A stretch of 64,000 bases of DNA from Lama guanicoe (lineage: Eukaryota): the NCBI GenBank assembly GCA_013239625.1, contig MU054212.1, forward strand, positions 5,926,270 through 5,990,269, in the 5' to 3' direction. A program made the translations under genes and the position numbers. Position 1 is the stretch's first letter, and the number at the start of each line of letters is the position of its first letter. Positions 23,031-36,222 of this stretch are shown here, piece after piece. The notes beneath the pieces are model-generated. The model was given only the letters and a program-made list of their open reading frames with translations. It did not search any database and was not told where the DNA came from.

Positions 23031-25227
23031 CTTCAGGGGGAGAAAAACAGAAATGAACTCAGGCTTCGTCATGACTTTTTTCTATGCTTTTCTAATTTGC
23101 TGAATCATGGTCCAACACGAATAATAAATACATCCAAATCAAATAGATAAAATAATAAACACACCTCAGGATCTTCACATACACAGTTTAAATTATTGCA
23201 TTATATTTGATGCTTTGGTAACACGCAACAAAACATGTTATTATCTGGTCCATTGGTAGATCATCGTATTTACATAATGTTATAATTCATGTTTCTGTTT
23301 TACTTCAAGTACGTCAGAATATTAATTGACCAGGAGAAAAAATAAAGCCATTGAAAAGAATGTAGGTTTTATTTTTGCACGAAGCTTTCCATACGCTGCC
23401 AAGACTTAAGAGAAAAGGAGGAAACACAGGGACTCTTGCTCTCACCCAGCAAGGCCAGGGAGGGCTAGCTTGGTACTGCTAATACGCATAATAAAGACAA
23501 AGACATTTTTAGAGACAAAAACAATTGGAACTTGTTAACACAAAACCCAGCTTCCCTTATGACAACCATTTTCCTATATTACTATAGAAAATACATTAAA
23601 GTGCCTGGGCAACAGTTTCTATTTTTATTATTCTTGTTTATGATAAAAATCAAGAGCATTTTAAGGGACCAAAAAGGTGGGAACTTATACAGAACCCAAC
23701 TTGCTATATTATAACCACTTCCCTTTACTTACAAGGGAAAATATATTAAGGGGCATTGACAATAAAAAGTCTCATTCTGTAGCTAAAGAAAATTAACGGG
23801 CAATTACCTATGCCTTAGCAGTACTTCTCAAAATCACTTCTAAAACATAATACAAAAAGGTTAGGACAGAAGGGAAGGAGACACACAAGGCAGTCACTGT
23901 CAGAACACTGCCGCAAGGATGAAAAATGACTAATCTGCAACCCTGGGTCCTGCGCTAACTTGAGGTAATAGAAGTCATTTTGCTTTTACAGCTTTTCTTC
24001 ACCAATGAAATGGAGAGGATAAAAAGCAAAGGCAGTTAAATTATAATGTTATTACTGGTACATCAGCATCAGTTTGAATAAATGACTTTCCTTTTAAGAG
24101 TTTAAAAAGTTGTGTTTATTAAATGTAGACATAATTCTTAATGGCTTATATTAGAACTAAGAAGTTCTATGTCTAACCCACCTTCATCTTCCAAAAGCAA
24201 CACATTTCAACACCTCTAGCAGTTTAACCTGGTATGTATCTCCATATTTCAAGGTAAGGGGCATTCTGGTATCTCCTTGCTTCATTATCTTTAGACACTG
24301 TCTACTGACATCTTACCACGGTCACTGAGGTTTATACCACCACACCCACTGCCCCTCCAGCTACTCTCCCAATAGAGTTATGCCATAATTTTTGGTTAAA
24401 CCAATGGTGTTTACATTATTATGACTGCAAAAATTCTGGATGGTAAGCAAACTATGATCCTGTTTTCTTTCTCAAACTAGGATTAATAACTATCTTCTGC
24501 TTTCTTGGTTTTCTATACAACTATTATTATTTTGTACAAAAGCCCCAATAGGCATGCCCCGTACTTATTCATAACTGATGCAATCGTTCAAACACGTCAA
24601 ATCAGCTATCAATTCCTGCTCCACCCCCAAGCCCAACTCCAACTCCCACTTCCCTCAGGTCTTGCTCCAGTCTGGCCTGGACCACCTGAGACTCCTCTTT
24701 CCTTCCCTACATCATTCGTGTCTTTACTCAGTTCTCTCAATTGGCCAAGGCATATCCTTCAGAACTTCCTAAGTCAGGGTTCATGGGGGAAAAAAATTTA
24801 AAGAATACATTTATATATACAGCCAATGAGTGATTGAAATTATCACACTTGATTGACATTTTGTCTGGATAAAAAAGTGCTAGGTTAAAAACGACTTTCC
24901 CCTAGAATTTTAAAGGCACAGCTCCACAATCTTCTGGGTATCAGTGTTGCTGAGACGGTTCATGTGCTTCTGAGACATAATCAGTGGTAATTTTTCCTAC
25001 AGAACTTTTTTGATATCTTCTCTTTTTACCCTGTACTCTAAATTTAATTTCAAAACAATGCACTTTATAGATCTATATTCTATTCATGTGTACATGTGGG
25101 CCCCTTTAATCTGAAGACTCATTATCTTTGCTTCTGGGAAATATTCTTATATTATTTCTTTGGTCGTTTTACCCCACTTCCTGCTATTTTTTTCCTGCTA
25201 TATTTTCCCAGAACTCTGATTAGTAAA

Positions 25228-26300
25228 TGTATTCGTTATCTACTGATGTGTAACAAATCAGAGCAAAACTAGTGGGCTAAAAAAAGTAGTCATTTATTAT
25301 ATTCAAAGCATCTGTGGAGAGGAAATCTGGACAGCACAGCAAAGCTCCCTTATCACTGCTCCACGGTGTCTGGGGTCAGCCACGGCTCCACCACCCAGGC
25401 AGCTCACTCCCATGGCCAGCAAGATGACCCTGGCAAGTCGGGTCCTCTCCACAGGGCTGCCTGAACGTCTTCCTGACGTTGACAGCTGGCTTCCCAGAGA
25501 GCAAGTGATCCAAGAGACCAAGACAGAAGCAGCAATGTCTTTTATGATCTAGTCTCAAAAATCACATGCTGTCACTCTGCATTCTGGTTGCCCACACAAG
25601 TTAGCCCTCACTCCCTTGTGGTGAGGTGGGAAGCCCCATAAAAAAAGACCAGCAGGACCCCCAGGCAGGGCCACTACTCTCTTGCCAGCACCATCCAATT
25701 CCCTGGCCCAGAGGCTCTATCTCACTATTTGCCTCTGAAACGGCTTACTTCTAGGAAAATGGAACTTACCCCTAAAATTCTATTGGTTCCCTAAGCTCAC
25801 TCCTGACTGGTTATATCCTTCACTCCTGATTGGTCCATTTGTAGTGCTTTATTTGGATGGAGCTCACTCCTGATTGGTTCTTTCTTTCACTCCTAATTGG
25901 TCCATTTGTAGTACTTTATTTGCACAGAGCTCACTCCTGATTGGTTATTTCTCTCCCTCCTGATTGGTCCATTTCTACAAAGCTTGTTCCTAATTAGTCA
26001 ACTTTTGTTATACCTTATTCGTATATGATGTGGCAAAGTGTAAACTGGCAGCCTATAAAAGCCTGTGTAAACCTACAGACGGGGTCCAGAGCTTGGAGTG
26101 TTAACTCCTCTGGGCTTGCTGGCATAATAAACTTCAGTTCTTCAACTCTCCGAGTGCTGCTTGGTCTCTCGCCCGGATCCAGGTTGCTGTCACAACTGAG
26201 CTGTAACACTGAGCTGTAATACGTTTTTCTGCAACAGTGGGAGGAGACCACACACAGAGGCAAGGCTCTCCCTGGAGAGCATCTTGGAGGTGGTTACCCT
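25228..26300 (-). mobile_element. MLT1F-like LTR interrupted by the ERV1 solo LTR
   Basis: tgtgtaacaaatc...ctctccacagggctgcctga...gctggcttccc...agcaagtgatccaagaga. It resumes after the TSD as gaggagaccacacagagg...catcttggaggtggttacc. Confidence 0.7.
25622..26236 (+). mobile_element. Solo ERV1-type LTR (615 bp) in B4GALT6 intron 5
   Basis: TG...CA ends, 4-bp TSD gtgg (25618-25621 and 26237-26240), TATAAAA 26054-26060, AATAAA 26126-26131, 67-bp tandem units with ATTGG boxes in U3. Confidence 0.88.
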
Positions 26301-26799
26301 GTGATGTAATGGTACTCTCTGACTGATCTTCTTAATTTCTCCTGTTTTGCTTCCATTAAGAGTTATCTTCTTAAGTCTGTTTCCCAGACATTCTACTGAA
26401 AGTTTTACTTATCGCATTTTCTTTTATAACTTTCTTATTCTGGTCATTCTTTCTTTATGGTGTTTTGTTTTCATTTCTCAGATTCATTATCTTTCCTTTA
26501 CTCTCTGTGGAGAGTGATTATAGTTTGTTACTGTTAGTCTCTTTTCTTTTTTAAAAAATGGTATGTTCCCTCCAGCGTCTCTATTTCCGACAGTCTCTTT
26601 TGTTGGATTCGTTTTGTCTCCTCTTGTGAAGACCCTTGGCTGCCCATTCATGGCTGAGATAAGGCACTAAAAAGCTGAGGGGGATCCCCACATACGTAAC
26701 TATGTGAGGTCGGGGCACAGCACTGTCGACTCAAACATACACACATGCATCTGCGTTAGCAAATCCTGAAACCAAACTAAAACAAAAGAACAGAATCCC

Positions 26800-27537
26800 C
26801 ATTCCTCCTCCCCAGTGTTCTACGTGTCCATAGCTCAGAATGCTCAAGACAAAAGCCCTGGCATCACGGTTGAGTATTCTCCATCTCTCACACTGTACAG
26901 CCAATTCAACAGCAAATATCACTTCTAAACCCAGTGTAGCCCAAACCCAACCACTGCTCACCTCCTCCACCAATACCACGGGAGCCCAAGTCAACATCTT
27001 CTCCGTTCTCATTTCCGTCCTTGCCCCACTCAGTCTACTCTCCTGCACGGTCATTTTTTCACAACATAACTTAGATCACATCATTCTTCTATTTAAAATC
27101 CTCCAGCATCTTCTGACCTCACTCAGGATAATCCAAGTTCACCTCCCAGCCTGTTAGGTCCTTCATTATCTGCTCCTCTCCCCTCTCTGATTTCCTCCCT
27201 AACAGTCTCTTTCACTCCTCACTCCAGAGACACTGACTTCTTGGCACAAACACACGCTCTCCTGCCTTGCCTGGTACACACGTCTGGGAACATCAGCAGG
27301 ACCGGCTCCTTTCCATCATTCAGGGCTGCTCCCACCTCACCTCCTCCGAGAGGGCCTTCCATAAACACTCAGAATAAAAGAGCCCCTCTCCCTGCCCTTA
27401 CTGCTCTCTCTGCCGCAACTCAGCTCCGGGCACCACCTGGCCCACCACATGGTTACTTACTGCCCTTCTCTCCCCAGGACAACGACAGGCCTCACCTGGT
27501 TTGTTCCCTGCTGTTTCCCCTGTGCTGAATGAATGAA
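26800..27537 (+). mobile_element. L2 3' fragment
   Basis: Pyrimidine-rich L2-like text ending tgctgaatgaatgaa. Confidence 0.65.
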
Positions 27538-29691
27538 AGTGGGCTTCCTGGAGGTGAGAAAGTAACGAGCCGGCCTCTTCCTTTAGAGACTTCCAAATAT
27601 TAGATCAGACATCGTCTTCCTGGAGCTGATCTATTCCTCTCGTGAAGACACCGCTCATTCCCTGCCTCAGCTGGAGGCGCTGGGGGACTCACACCTAACT
27701 GGCCTCCAACAGCCAGACAGGGAGGAGAACCATGGGCGCCTGGGGTCGGCACCCAGCCCTCCTCCAGCCGCTGCCTGGAGGCCCCACAGCTCAGCTGTGT
27801 CAGCGCGGTCAGGACCTGCTCTAGAGGGGTTTTTCCGGGGATAAACCTCTCATTTTCTACAAGATCCAACAGAGTAACCACATGGCAACACAAGCAAAGA
27901 CAAGGCACCGGGAAGCTGACTGTTCCATAACCAAACTTGAACAACGCCCCTGGTTTAGCCCAGCACTTCCGTTCGTCTTCTGTGACATCTTCCAGGTGCC
28001 GAGGTCCGCAGGGGTTGGTCCAGCAGGTTGACTCGGTACTCGTCGCCATCACTCTCGACCGCACGTGGGCTTGAACACCCCCTGCTCTGCCAGTGCTGCC
28101 CCTGCCTCCCGGCTTCCAGAGCTGCCCTCAAGTTGCTCCACTACTCCCTCTCTTTGTCCTTGTGGTTTAATAACTCATTGCAAGTTTTTTTCTTTCACTC
28201 TCGCTTTAGGAGTGTGGAAAGGAGAAGGGGTAAACACGCACCAGCTCCCGTACTCAGCTAGGAGTTCTGAGCTGCTCGTCAAATGCTGAGCCCTTCTGGG
28301 CACCAGCCCAGCAGGAAAACGACTCTTCTACTTCATATGTGGTAACGCGCCACTGGCTCAAAACCGCGCGCTAGCACATACACGGGCCTGAATTAATATT
28401 GATCAAGGCTGAGGTTCAGACTTAAGAGGTTTATAAAACATGGACTTTACTTGCTTTGTAAAGATTTCTTCGTCAGATACACAAAATAATTCAGTGGTGC
28501 TGGACTCTTAGGAGAAAATGCCTTTAAAAACACAGAGGCACAGATCTCATTCCCCAACACATTATGAAGACTGAAGTTTCAAAAAAGGAAACTAGCAAGT
28601 TGGGAAAACAGAGCTAGAAGTGGATAACTAAGGCTATCATGAAAGTAGCTAAAACGTTAAATTTATTATCAGGTTTAAAAAAAAGTCAATTTTCATGGTA
28701 CAGGTTGTTGAATTAAAAAGCACATATATATATACTGTTGAATTAAAAAGCACATATGGCTACTAATGACAATATACATCATTATACACACCGGGAGCAG
28801 ACCTTAAAAGGGTGATTTATATACAAAGGAGTATATCATGTTAAAAACCAAGTATTTCCAGAAGGGAAAAAAATAGAGGCAAAAAAAGCTAAGAGTGAGA
28901 AAATAAAATTAAAAAATCTAGAATCAGGCACAAAGGAGCTGGGGAAACACACTAAGTGTAACAATCTTAGAAATAAAACTTGAGTATTTTCTAACATTTC
29001 AAAAACAAAACAAAACAAAAAAACCCAGAAGCATCTAACATAGAAGTCAGGTCACTTTCTGTCTAATGATAAATAAGGAAATGCATTTTCAGTCAGGTTT
29101 AGTGAACAGAAGGAACGATCAGGATAAAATGAGGTCATCAGTGTCAAACCAAAAGTTCCCAAATTACAATGTATTTGAAACGTGAATAAAATGCCCCATT
29201 TTAGAAATACCATATAGAAATCAGTGAGCAAATTCAGCAAGGACCCTAGTGTTTGGGAGATAGGGTGGGGGAAACACACACACACACAAAAATCCAAGAT
29301 GATGACATCTTAAGTATAAAACTAGGCAATGACAGAAGTAGAAAAACACAGAAATATAGAAGTTATCTCCAAAGGGTCTAAGTAGGACTGAAAATAAATT
29401 GAATACATGGAATACTGAGACAAGAATAATACAGAGGGAAAAAATTAGCTGATAATATTAAGAATAATTAGAAAACATATTTCACTTTAATAGGTAAGAC
29501 ATTCGATGGTTAAAAATGATAAACAGATTAACAAAATGTGGCATATACAACTAACAGGCTCAATCCAAGGTGGAATTTGACCCGATATGAAACCAAGGAT
29601 TAACCCTAAACTGAACATTTTAAATCACACCATATCTAAGAGTTTATTAAGTTCTAGTATACTTAGCCACCATTTTGAAAAACAGCCTCAC

Positions 29692-29808
29692 CTGTTCAAT
29701 AACATAAAAGGCGAATTCCAGCCGCTGTTTCTGGAGCATCGGAATCAGGTGCAAGAAAAAAATTGGAAGATGTTCATGGCGATTACGGAAAGGAATGAGA
29801 ACTGCCAC
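29692..29808 (-). CDS. B4GALT6: B4GALT6 exon 5 (117 nt, phase 0-0)
   Basis: Acceptor gttttcaag, donor gtgagg; encodes VAVLIPFRNRHEHLPIFFLHLIPMLQKQRLEFAFYVIEQ, with the GT7-family PFRNR motif. Confidence 0.97.
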
Positions 29809-30295
29809 CTTGAAAACAAAACATTCACACATGTAAACAAACCCAGCAGCAAACCCTAGAGGTAAAAGGTTAAAAAATACAGACCCTTGAAACTTTCTTA
29901 TTTGTGAAATCTCTCACCAGAAATCCAACAGTGAGCAAAAACAGACATGGCCCTTGCCTTGGTGCCACTTACGGTCTTGTGGACCTGGAAAATATAAGTG
30001 GGCTCTGAGGGCCGTTCTAAGAACTGTGGTCTCTATCCCATGAAAATCATGAAAGTTGTGGAAAGATTTCAAAAAGTAATAAAACCAGCTTTCCTATGGC
30101 AAACACTACTATGGAGAGCTGACTGGAGAAAACCAAAAATGGACTCAGGGAGCTGGTTAGAAAATTAATGCAAAGTTGAGATAAGAGGTAACAGCAGCTA
30201 AAACAGAGGTGAGGGTGGAGGACAAGAAGGGACACATGGCTTCTTGAAACATTTAAGAGGTAAATTAACAGGATTTGTTCATATTGGAAGAGAAC

Positions 30296-30962
30296 AGAGA
30301 ACAGTCTGGAGGTTCCTCAAAAAACTAAAAATAGAGCTACCATATGATCCAGCAATCCCACTCCTGGGCATACATCCAGAAAAGATAAACACTCTAGTTC
30401 AAAAAGATACATGAACCCCAATGTTCACAGCAGCACTATTTACAATAGCCAAGCCATGGAAGCAACCTAAGTGTCCAACAGATGACTGGATAAAGAAGAT
30501 GTGGTATGTATATATACATTGGAATATTACTGAGCCACAAAAACGAATGAAATATTGCCATCTGCAGCAACAACAACTGACCTAGAAATTATATATTAAG
30601 TGAAATTAGACAAATATTATACAATATTACTTATATTTGGAATCTAAAAAATAATACAAATGAATTTATACACAAAACAGAAACAGACTTCACAGACTTA
30701 GAAACTTATGGTTACCAGAGGGGGTGAATAAATTAGGAGTAAGGATTAAATATAAATGACTACACATAAAATAGATAAACAACAAGAATTTACTGTACAG
30801 CACAGGGGACTATATTCAATATCTTGTAATAAACTATAATGGAAAAGAATCTGAAAAGTAATATATTTATTATACACATTCATATATATAAATATCTGAA
30901 TCACTTTGCTGTACACCTGAAACTAACACATACTGTAATCAACCATAGTTCAATTAAAAAAA
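30296..30962 (+). mobile_element. L1 3' end (ORF2 C-terminus, 3' UTR, A tail)
   Basis: ggaggttcctcaaaaaactaaaaatagagctaccatatgatccagcaatcccactcctggg...tcactttgctgtacacctgaaactaacaca...caattaaaaaaa. Confidence 0.92.
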
Positions 30963-32984
30963 GATGCTAAAATATAAATTCCAAAATCATTAGATTTTAA
31001 AAGAATGTAAGAGTCAAAATATGTCTAATTACAATGTCTGTGTCATTCTATATTCTGGATTTTTTAATACAGCCTAATTAACTCGTTAAACCGAAAATTA
31101 TGCAAGAGCATTAAATCTGGGATTTATTAAAATTTCAACTGTACCAAACACATTTTACTAGTGAACGAACAAATGCAAGTAACTGACAGTGCATAGGCTT
31201 AGGATCTAATCCTACTTGCAAAATCAAGCCATGACATTAAATACAGTTGATAGAAAACAGTAATATTTACCTGTGTGTGTTACATTACCATGATCATACG
31301 TGAGAGAAATGTTTAATTATTAAAATAGTTTTATTTTAAGAGAACAAAGGATGGTTTCATAAAATTGAAAATGTCTAAACTAGAAACTATCACTAAGTTT
31401 TTCCTAAACGGTGATGAGATAGAGAAAAAAGAGCCAGACAATGGCTACTGTGAGGCCAACATTTTCACATTCACATTGTTTCATGCTGGGAAGTGGTAGG
31501 AACAGAGAGGCTCTGGTGCCTCAGCCAGCCCCACTTTGGATCCCATCCTGCTATAGTTTGGCCCACCAGGTACCTCTTGCTTATAAGACTGAGGACCACG
31601 AGGCCACCAGAGCAATTCAGGACCCACATCTAGGAGCCCCTTCCGCACCCCACACCATGGCCACTGTGCACTGCCGCGCACTCCCTGTTGACTGAGGACC
31701 TGTTGGCGGGCCTCAGTACCAACTGCTGGCACAGTCACAGAAGTCCCAAATCCACACCCCCCACCAAAGCAGCTCAGGAACCCCTGGGTTTACTCTTAGG
31801 AGAGGGAACTGCTATGAAATGTAAAAGGAGGGAAAGAAGTCAGACGGCAAGTACACGAGCACACCCCACCACTGACCTTGCCTGAACCAGTGTCACAACT
31901 TCTAGCAAAGTTAGGGTCAAGCTTGCCCTTCCTGGGTTTGAATCTGGCCACAGGCTGGGTGCCTCTGACATGATATAAGTGGGCTAGAAAGCAGTTAGGG
32001 TGAATTACAGACATTTAAGGGAAGAAGCTATTACAAAGCTACAATCCGTATTAAAGACAGCCTATGTTAATTAAATACAATTAGGCTGAGTAATCAGTTA
32101 ACCATGTAAGAATGAACAAAGGCAGTTATAAAGCCCATAATACAGTCACTTCTTCAATGAAACATTTAAAATATTAAGAGGTGGTTTTTTTTCTTAATCT
32201 TATATGGAAGCAGAGTAAGAAATGACTGGGTCTTGGCAAATTCAAAGAAGCTAAACTGTCATTTTAATAGTAATACAGGTCCACATTTTAATGAGACAGT
32301 TACCAAAAATTTTGAATATGCCTAAAGCAAAGTTTTTATTAAAATAAAGCCAAAAAGTATGTAAAAACTCATTGGGCATGTCCCTTCTTGTGGCTGTGGA
32401 ATGATACTCTCAATAGTTTACAACTTATTGTCTAGAAAAGGATGATCTCAGTATTCTGTGGTCATTTATTTTGAGACTTGGCAGCCTTGTTTCAGGGACA
32501 CTCTTACATGTGCCCTAATTTGCTAGTGGAGCCACTCTCCTGATGATGCATCTCCACTGGGGACAGAGAACATCTGGTCATTATCTTGTGGAAAACAACA
32601 GTCATCTTCATGAATCTCTCCTCCCCACTTCTTGTTCAAGCAAAATTATCCACACTCAGTTTGTTCCCACTTTAAAACCACCAATCTTACTGAATTTATG
32701 CCCCTATTTTCCTCCCTTGCTAATTCTCTCCTACACTAACCATGAAGAGATTAGCAAGAAAAATGTCTACTACATAAATTCTCCCCACCAAGTTTTTGTC
32801 CTGCTTTCAAATTTCAAGCACACCAACCCACTATGGTGTCCCTAAATGACGCTTCAGACTTGCCTCCTTGAAGGATGCAGGAGCTGTCTGTCACTGACTA
32901 AGACGGAACAAAGTCGACGCTGCCAAGCTCCCATTCTCCAGTGTTTCAGGTCCCTCTCCCTCTTCTCCTTCACTTCCAGTGCCT

Positions 32985-33155
32985 GCAGGAGCTTCTCAAA
33001 CCGGAGGCACTTGGTAAGAAACTCAGGTTCATGTCCCTTCCCACCAGTAGAATCAGAATGTCTGAGGACTGAGTTCAAGAATCTTCATTTATACCAAACA
33101 TTCCAGGTAGCTTGGAAGCAGGTGGCTAAGACCCACCTTTAAGGAACCCTGGACT
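32985..33155. mobile_element. MER5-like DNA transposon
   Basis: cttctcaaac...gaatcagaatgtctgagg...caagaatcttcatttataccaaacattccaggt. Confidence 0.55.
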
Positions 33156-35529
33156 AGAGACGAAACTCCAGGCCTCTGAGCAGATAACCGCATCAAGCAG
33201 CTGCCTGGTTCGTTAAGCCTTTAGGTTTCAGAGCAAAGTGTTTCAGGCCTCCGCCTGACCCTTAAATGGAACATCGGCAACACCACAGGTAAAACACTTC
33301 ACCTTAATGACCTGAAAAGCATCACCATCTTCCTCTTCCAACCTCCCTTTTAGAAATAAGCTTTCCTCTGTCAGGCATCCGACCTGCGCTAAGTCTTCCA
33401 CTGGAACTTGCAGTATTCAAAATACCTAGGAATTGCTGAATCGCTAGTTTTCGAAGATCTTGGTCCCAATTAATCGGCCATCAATGATCTTAGTTGGTAT
33501 TTAAAAAAAGAAAAAGAAAAAGAACTTCAAATATTAAGAATCAAGTCGGTAGATGTTTCACATAAATCTGGTTATTTCTTCTTTCCTTCTCTGTCAGCTC
33601 TGTTGCAAGATTAGCACAGGACATTATTAGGATGTGGGGAGGTGGGAGTAGGGGGCAGAGATGACTTGATTAAGTATGGCAAGCACAGGTCGCCTCTGAA
33701 TGATCTCCAAATCTCCTCTCATACCGTGAGCTGCACAGTTCAGAACTACAGACTAAACTCTGAGAAGGGTTTGTGCACAACTGAGAGAAGAGCAACGTTA
33801 CCATATAGCTCCTAAATAAAAAAGCTAATTTTTAGATCTCTGAATTAGCTTGCTCCTGAAACTCCACTTTCAATACTGTTACCTACTGACTCAGTGGAGT
33901 TTATAATCTACTAACATCTGTAGGTAGGAACCAGTTAAGTGTGACATACCTCTCTCCTGGAAAACGAAAAGAAAACAAACCCTAAAATTTAAACTCCAAC
34001 GTCTGATACAGACCACTGGAGAAAGGACAGAAACATTTAATTTCTTTGATCCCAGGTTACCTACTACCAGGCCACAGAGCGCCCAACCTGAGGGGTACAC
34101 ACGGCGTGTACTGATACACACCTGAGGACCAACCGCCGTACTCCCCACCACAGCCTCTGAGGTTGACTGAGTGTGCCTTTTCTTCCATTAGCATTGAACA
34201 TACACACTCATCATCCAAGGAAGGAAAATAATTTATTTTGCCCAGGACACTTTTTAAAAGTAGCATTATGTAGACTGGGCCGTATTTTATACGTGAATGT
34301 GAGGAAAATCAAGCATGAGATATGAAAAGATTAATTTACCATCTGTATCTGATCTGGGAAACAGCATAAGACAACGGCAAAACCGAACGTGTTGCCAAAA
34401 TTTGTACTGGAATCCATTTCAGCAGCTTTACAACTTGTTTGAGGCAAAAACAAAAAAACAAATCCCTAACATGTATTTAATAACTTGTAATAGAGTATTT
34501 ATCAGTCTCATAAACTCAACAAAACTGGGTTGAATGATTACCTTATACAAGAGGGTAAGTTCTATGTTAGGGATACAGGCATAAATAATTCACATCCCCA
34601 AACACAAGGATTTCAAGGTCAATTAAGTCAGAGGGCTATTATCACAAGCCTAACAGCATACAATTCTCCTCCCCAGGAGTGATTTTTTTTTTTGATACCA
34701 AAAGACAAATATTTTAGTGAAATACTAATATTAAAAAGAGGGAACTGAAAATTATTCCAGATTAAGGCTATATCACAATCCTTCAGGGTGTAACATTTGA
34801 TGTAATCCTATGTGGTTTTCACTTGAATTACATAAATGCTATTTCCTAATCAAACATAACACATTATATGAATATGCACTTATTAGCCAAATTCATAATA
34901 TTCAGAGCAACTCTGATTTAAACCATCATTTTCAATTTTTTTAAGCAGCAGGGGCAGGCCCACTTCCTTATAGTCTTTCAAACAAAATACTAAGAATAGA
35001 ATTCTGATCTATCAACAAGATGAAAAGCTGCTGCTCTGCTTTCTGAAACAGAGGTTGAAAAGAGCCCAAACTCTTGTCTTTGTGTCCTGCGGTGACTGCC
35101 CGGCAGCCTCTTTAGAACCCTGGGACTCGGGGACCCCAGGGAAATTACTGGTTCCCGGACTTGGTGGGGCGATGCCCGCAGGTGTCAGTAACCATTAGGG
35201 ACAACAGCAGGAGGCAAAGAAATCATAGCCTCTCTTCCAAACAGGACAGGAAAAACATCTGTTTTCCAAGCCCATCTCCAGTGAGGTACTCATTACCAGG
35301 ATCTCCAAGAGACGGGACAAAGGAGTGTGGATTTGCACATGAACAGGTGCAGGTTGTCCTCACAGGTAACATGAGTGAATCACATTTATGAATACTTACA
35401 CATTAAACACAGAAATTTTGATGTCTTAAGCTTATCAAGACAAAGGCATTTCACTATCTATTCTGAACTGAGCACTTTTCCTCAAACACACGGTAACAGT
35501 CACATTACTTGTGAAAAAATGGACCTTAC

Positions 35530-35654
35530 CTTCCATCGGGGTTTACAGTCTTTAGGTCTCCAGTGACCTCCTGGCTCAATATCTAAATCCTTGGAGAAGA
35601 GTTGACGAATTTCATCAAAACTGACTTCACTTACATTGACATTGAGGAATCCCC
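35530..35654 (-). CDS. B4GALT6: B4GALT6 exon 4 (125 nt)
   Basis: Acceptor ccttccag, donor gtaagg; encodes (R)GFLNVNVSEVSFDEIRQLFSKDLDIEPGGHWRPKDCKPRWK. Confidence 0.96.
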
Positions 35655-36029
35655 CTGGAAGGTCAAAAATGTAAAGAACTGTTTTAATAGGAAGTCAAAC
35701 AACAATCCGCAGGGTGATGGCATCATGTAGTCGCTGGGACAGTACCATTTATTCCTGTTACCACCAAATAATTGTTAATACCAACTTTCAGTTTTACTCT
35801 GGATAATAAATTATATGATCACGCTACTATCTTTAAATCTGCCAGAGAAAATCAAAGTGTTTAAATTTTTTGCTTCTGAGTAATATGGTGAATATTATTC
35901 TCTGGGAGATGTTTGCGAGTCATTACAATGTAGGTTATCATGCCAATTTATGTAAGCATTTAAAAACTATTTTTAATTTCAAAATAATCAACATGATAGG
36001 AGACATAAAAGCACAGTATATGAGTTAAT

Positions 36030-36222
36030 CAAGCAGTTAGCTTGACTGGGAGCTGAATCCTAGCTTCTGCGTACTGAGGAAATTATTTAACTTCTCTGTG
36101 CCTCAGTTTCCTTATCTATAAAAAGAGATGATAACACCTGCTTCCCAGTGTGGTTGTATCCAGTAGATGAAACAGTGCCAGGCATAAAGGCACACGTTCA
36201 GTAAATTCAGCTACTATTATTA
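36030..36222 (+). mobile_element. MIR SINE
   Basis: aattatttaacttctctgtgcctcagtttccttatctataaaa is the MIR core. Confidence 0.8.

Larger units (their letters stand above)
24150..26690 (-). mobile_element. Old L1M fragments hosting the MLT1F/ERV1 insertion
   Basis: T-rich antisense L1-like text on both sides, e.g. ttttaaaggcacagctccacaatcttctgg and ccctttaatctgaagactc. Boundaries are approximate. Confidence 0.5.

Noticed and set aside
25794..25990. Regularly spaced repeats superficially like a CRISPR array
   Set aside because: The context is mammalian, there are no unique spacers or cas genes, and the units lie within an LTR U3 region.
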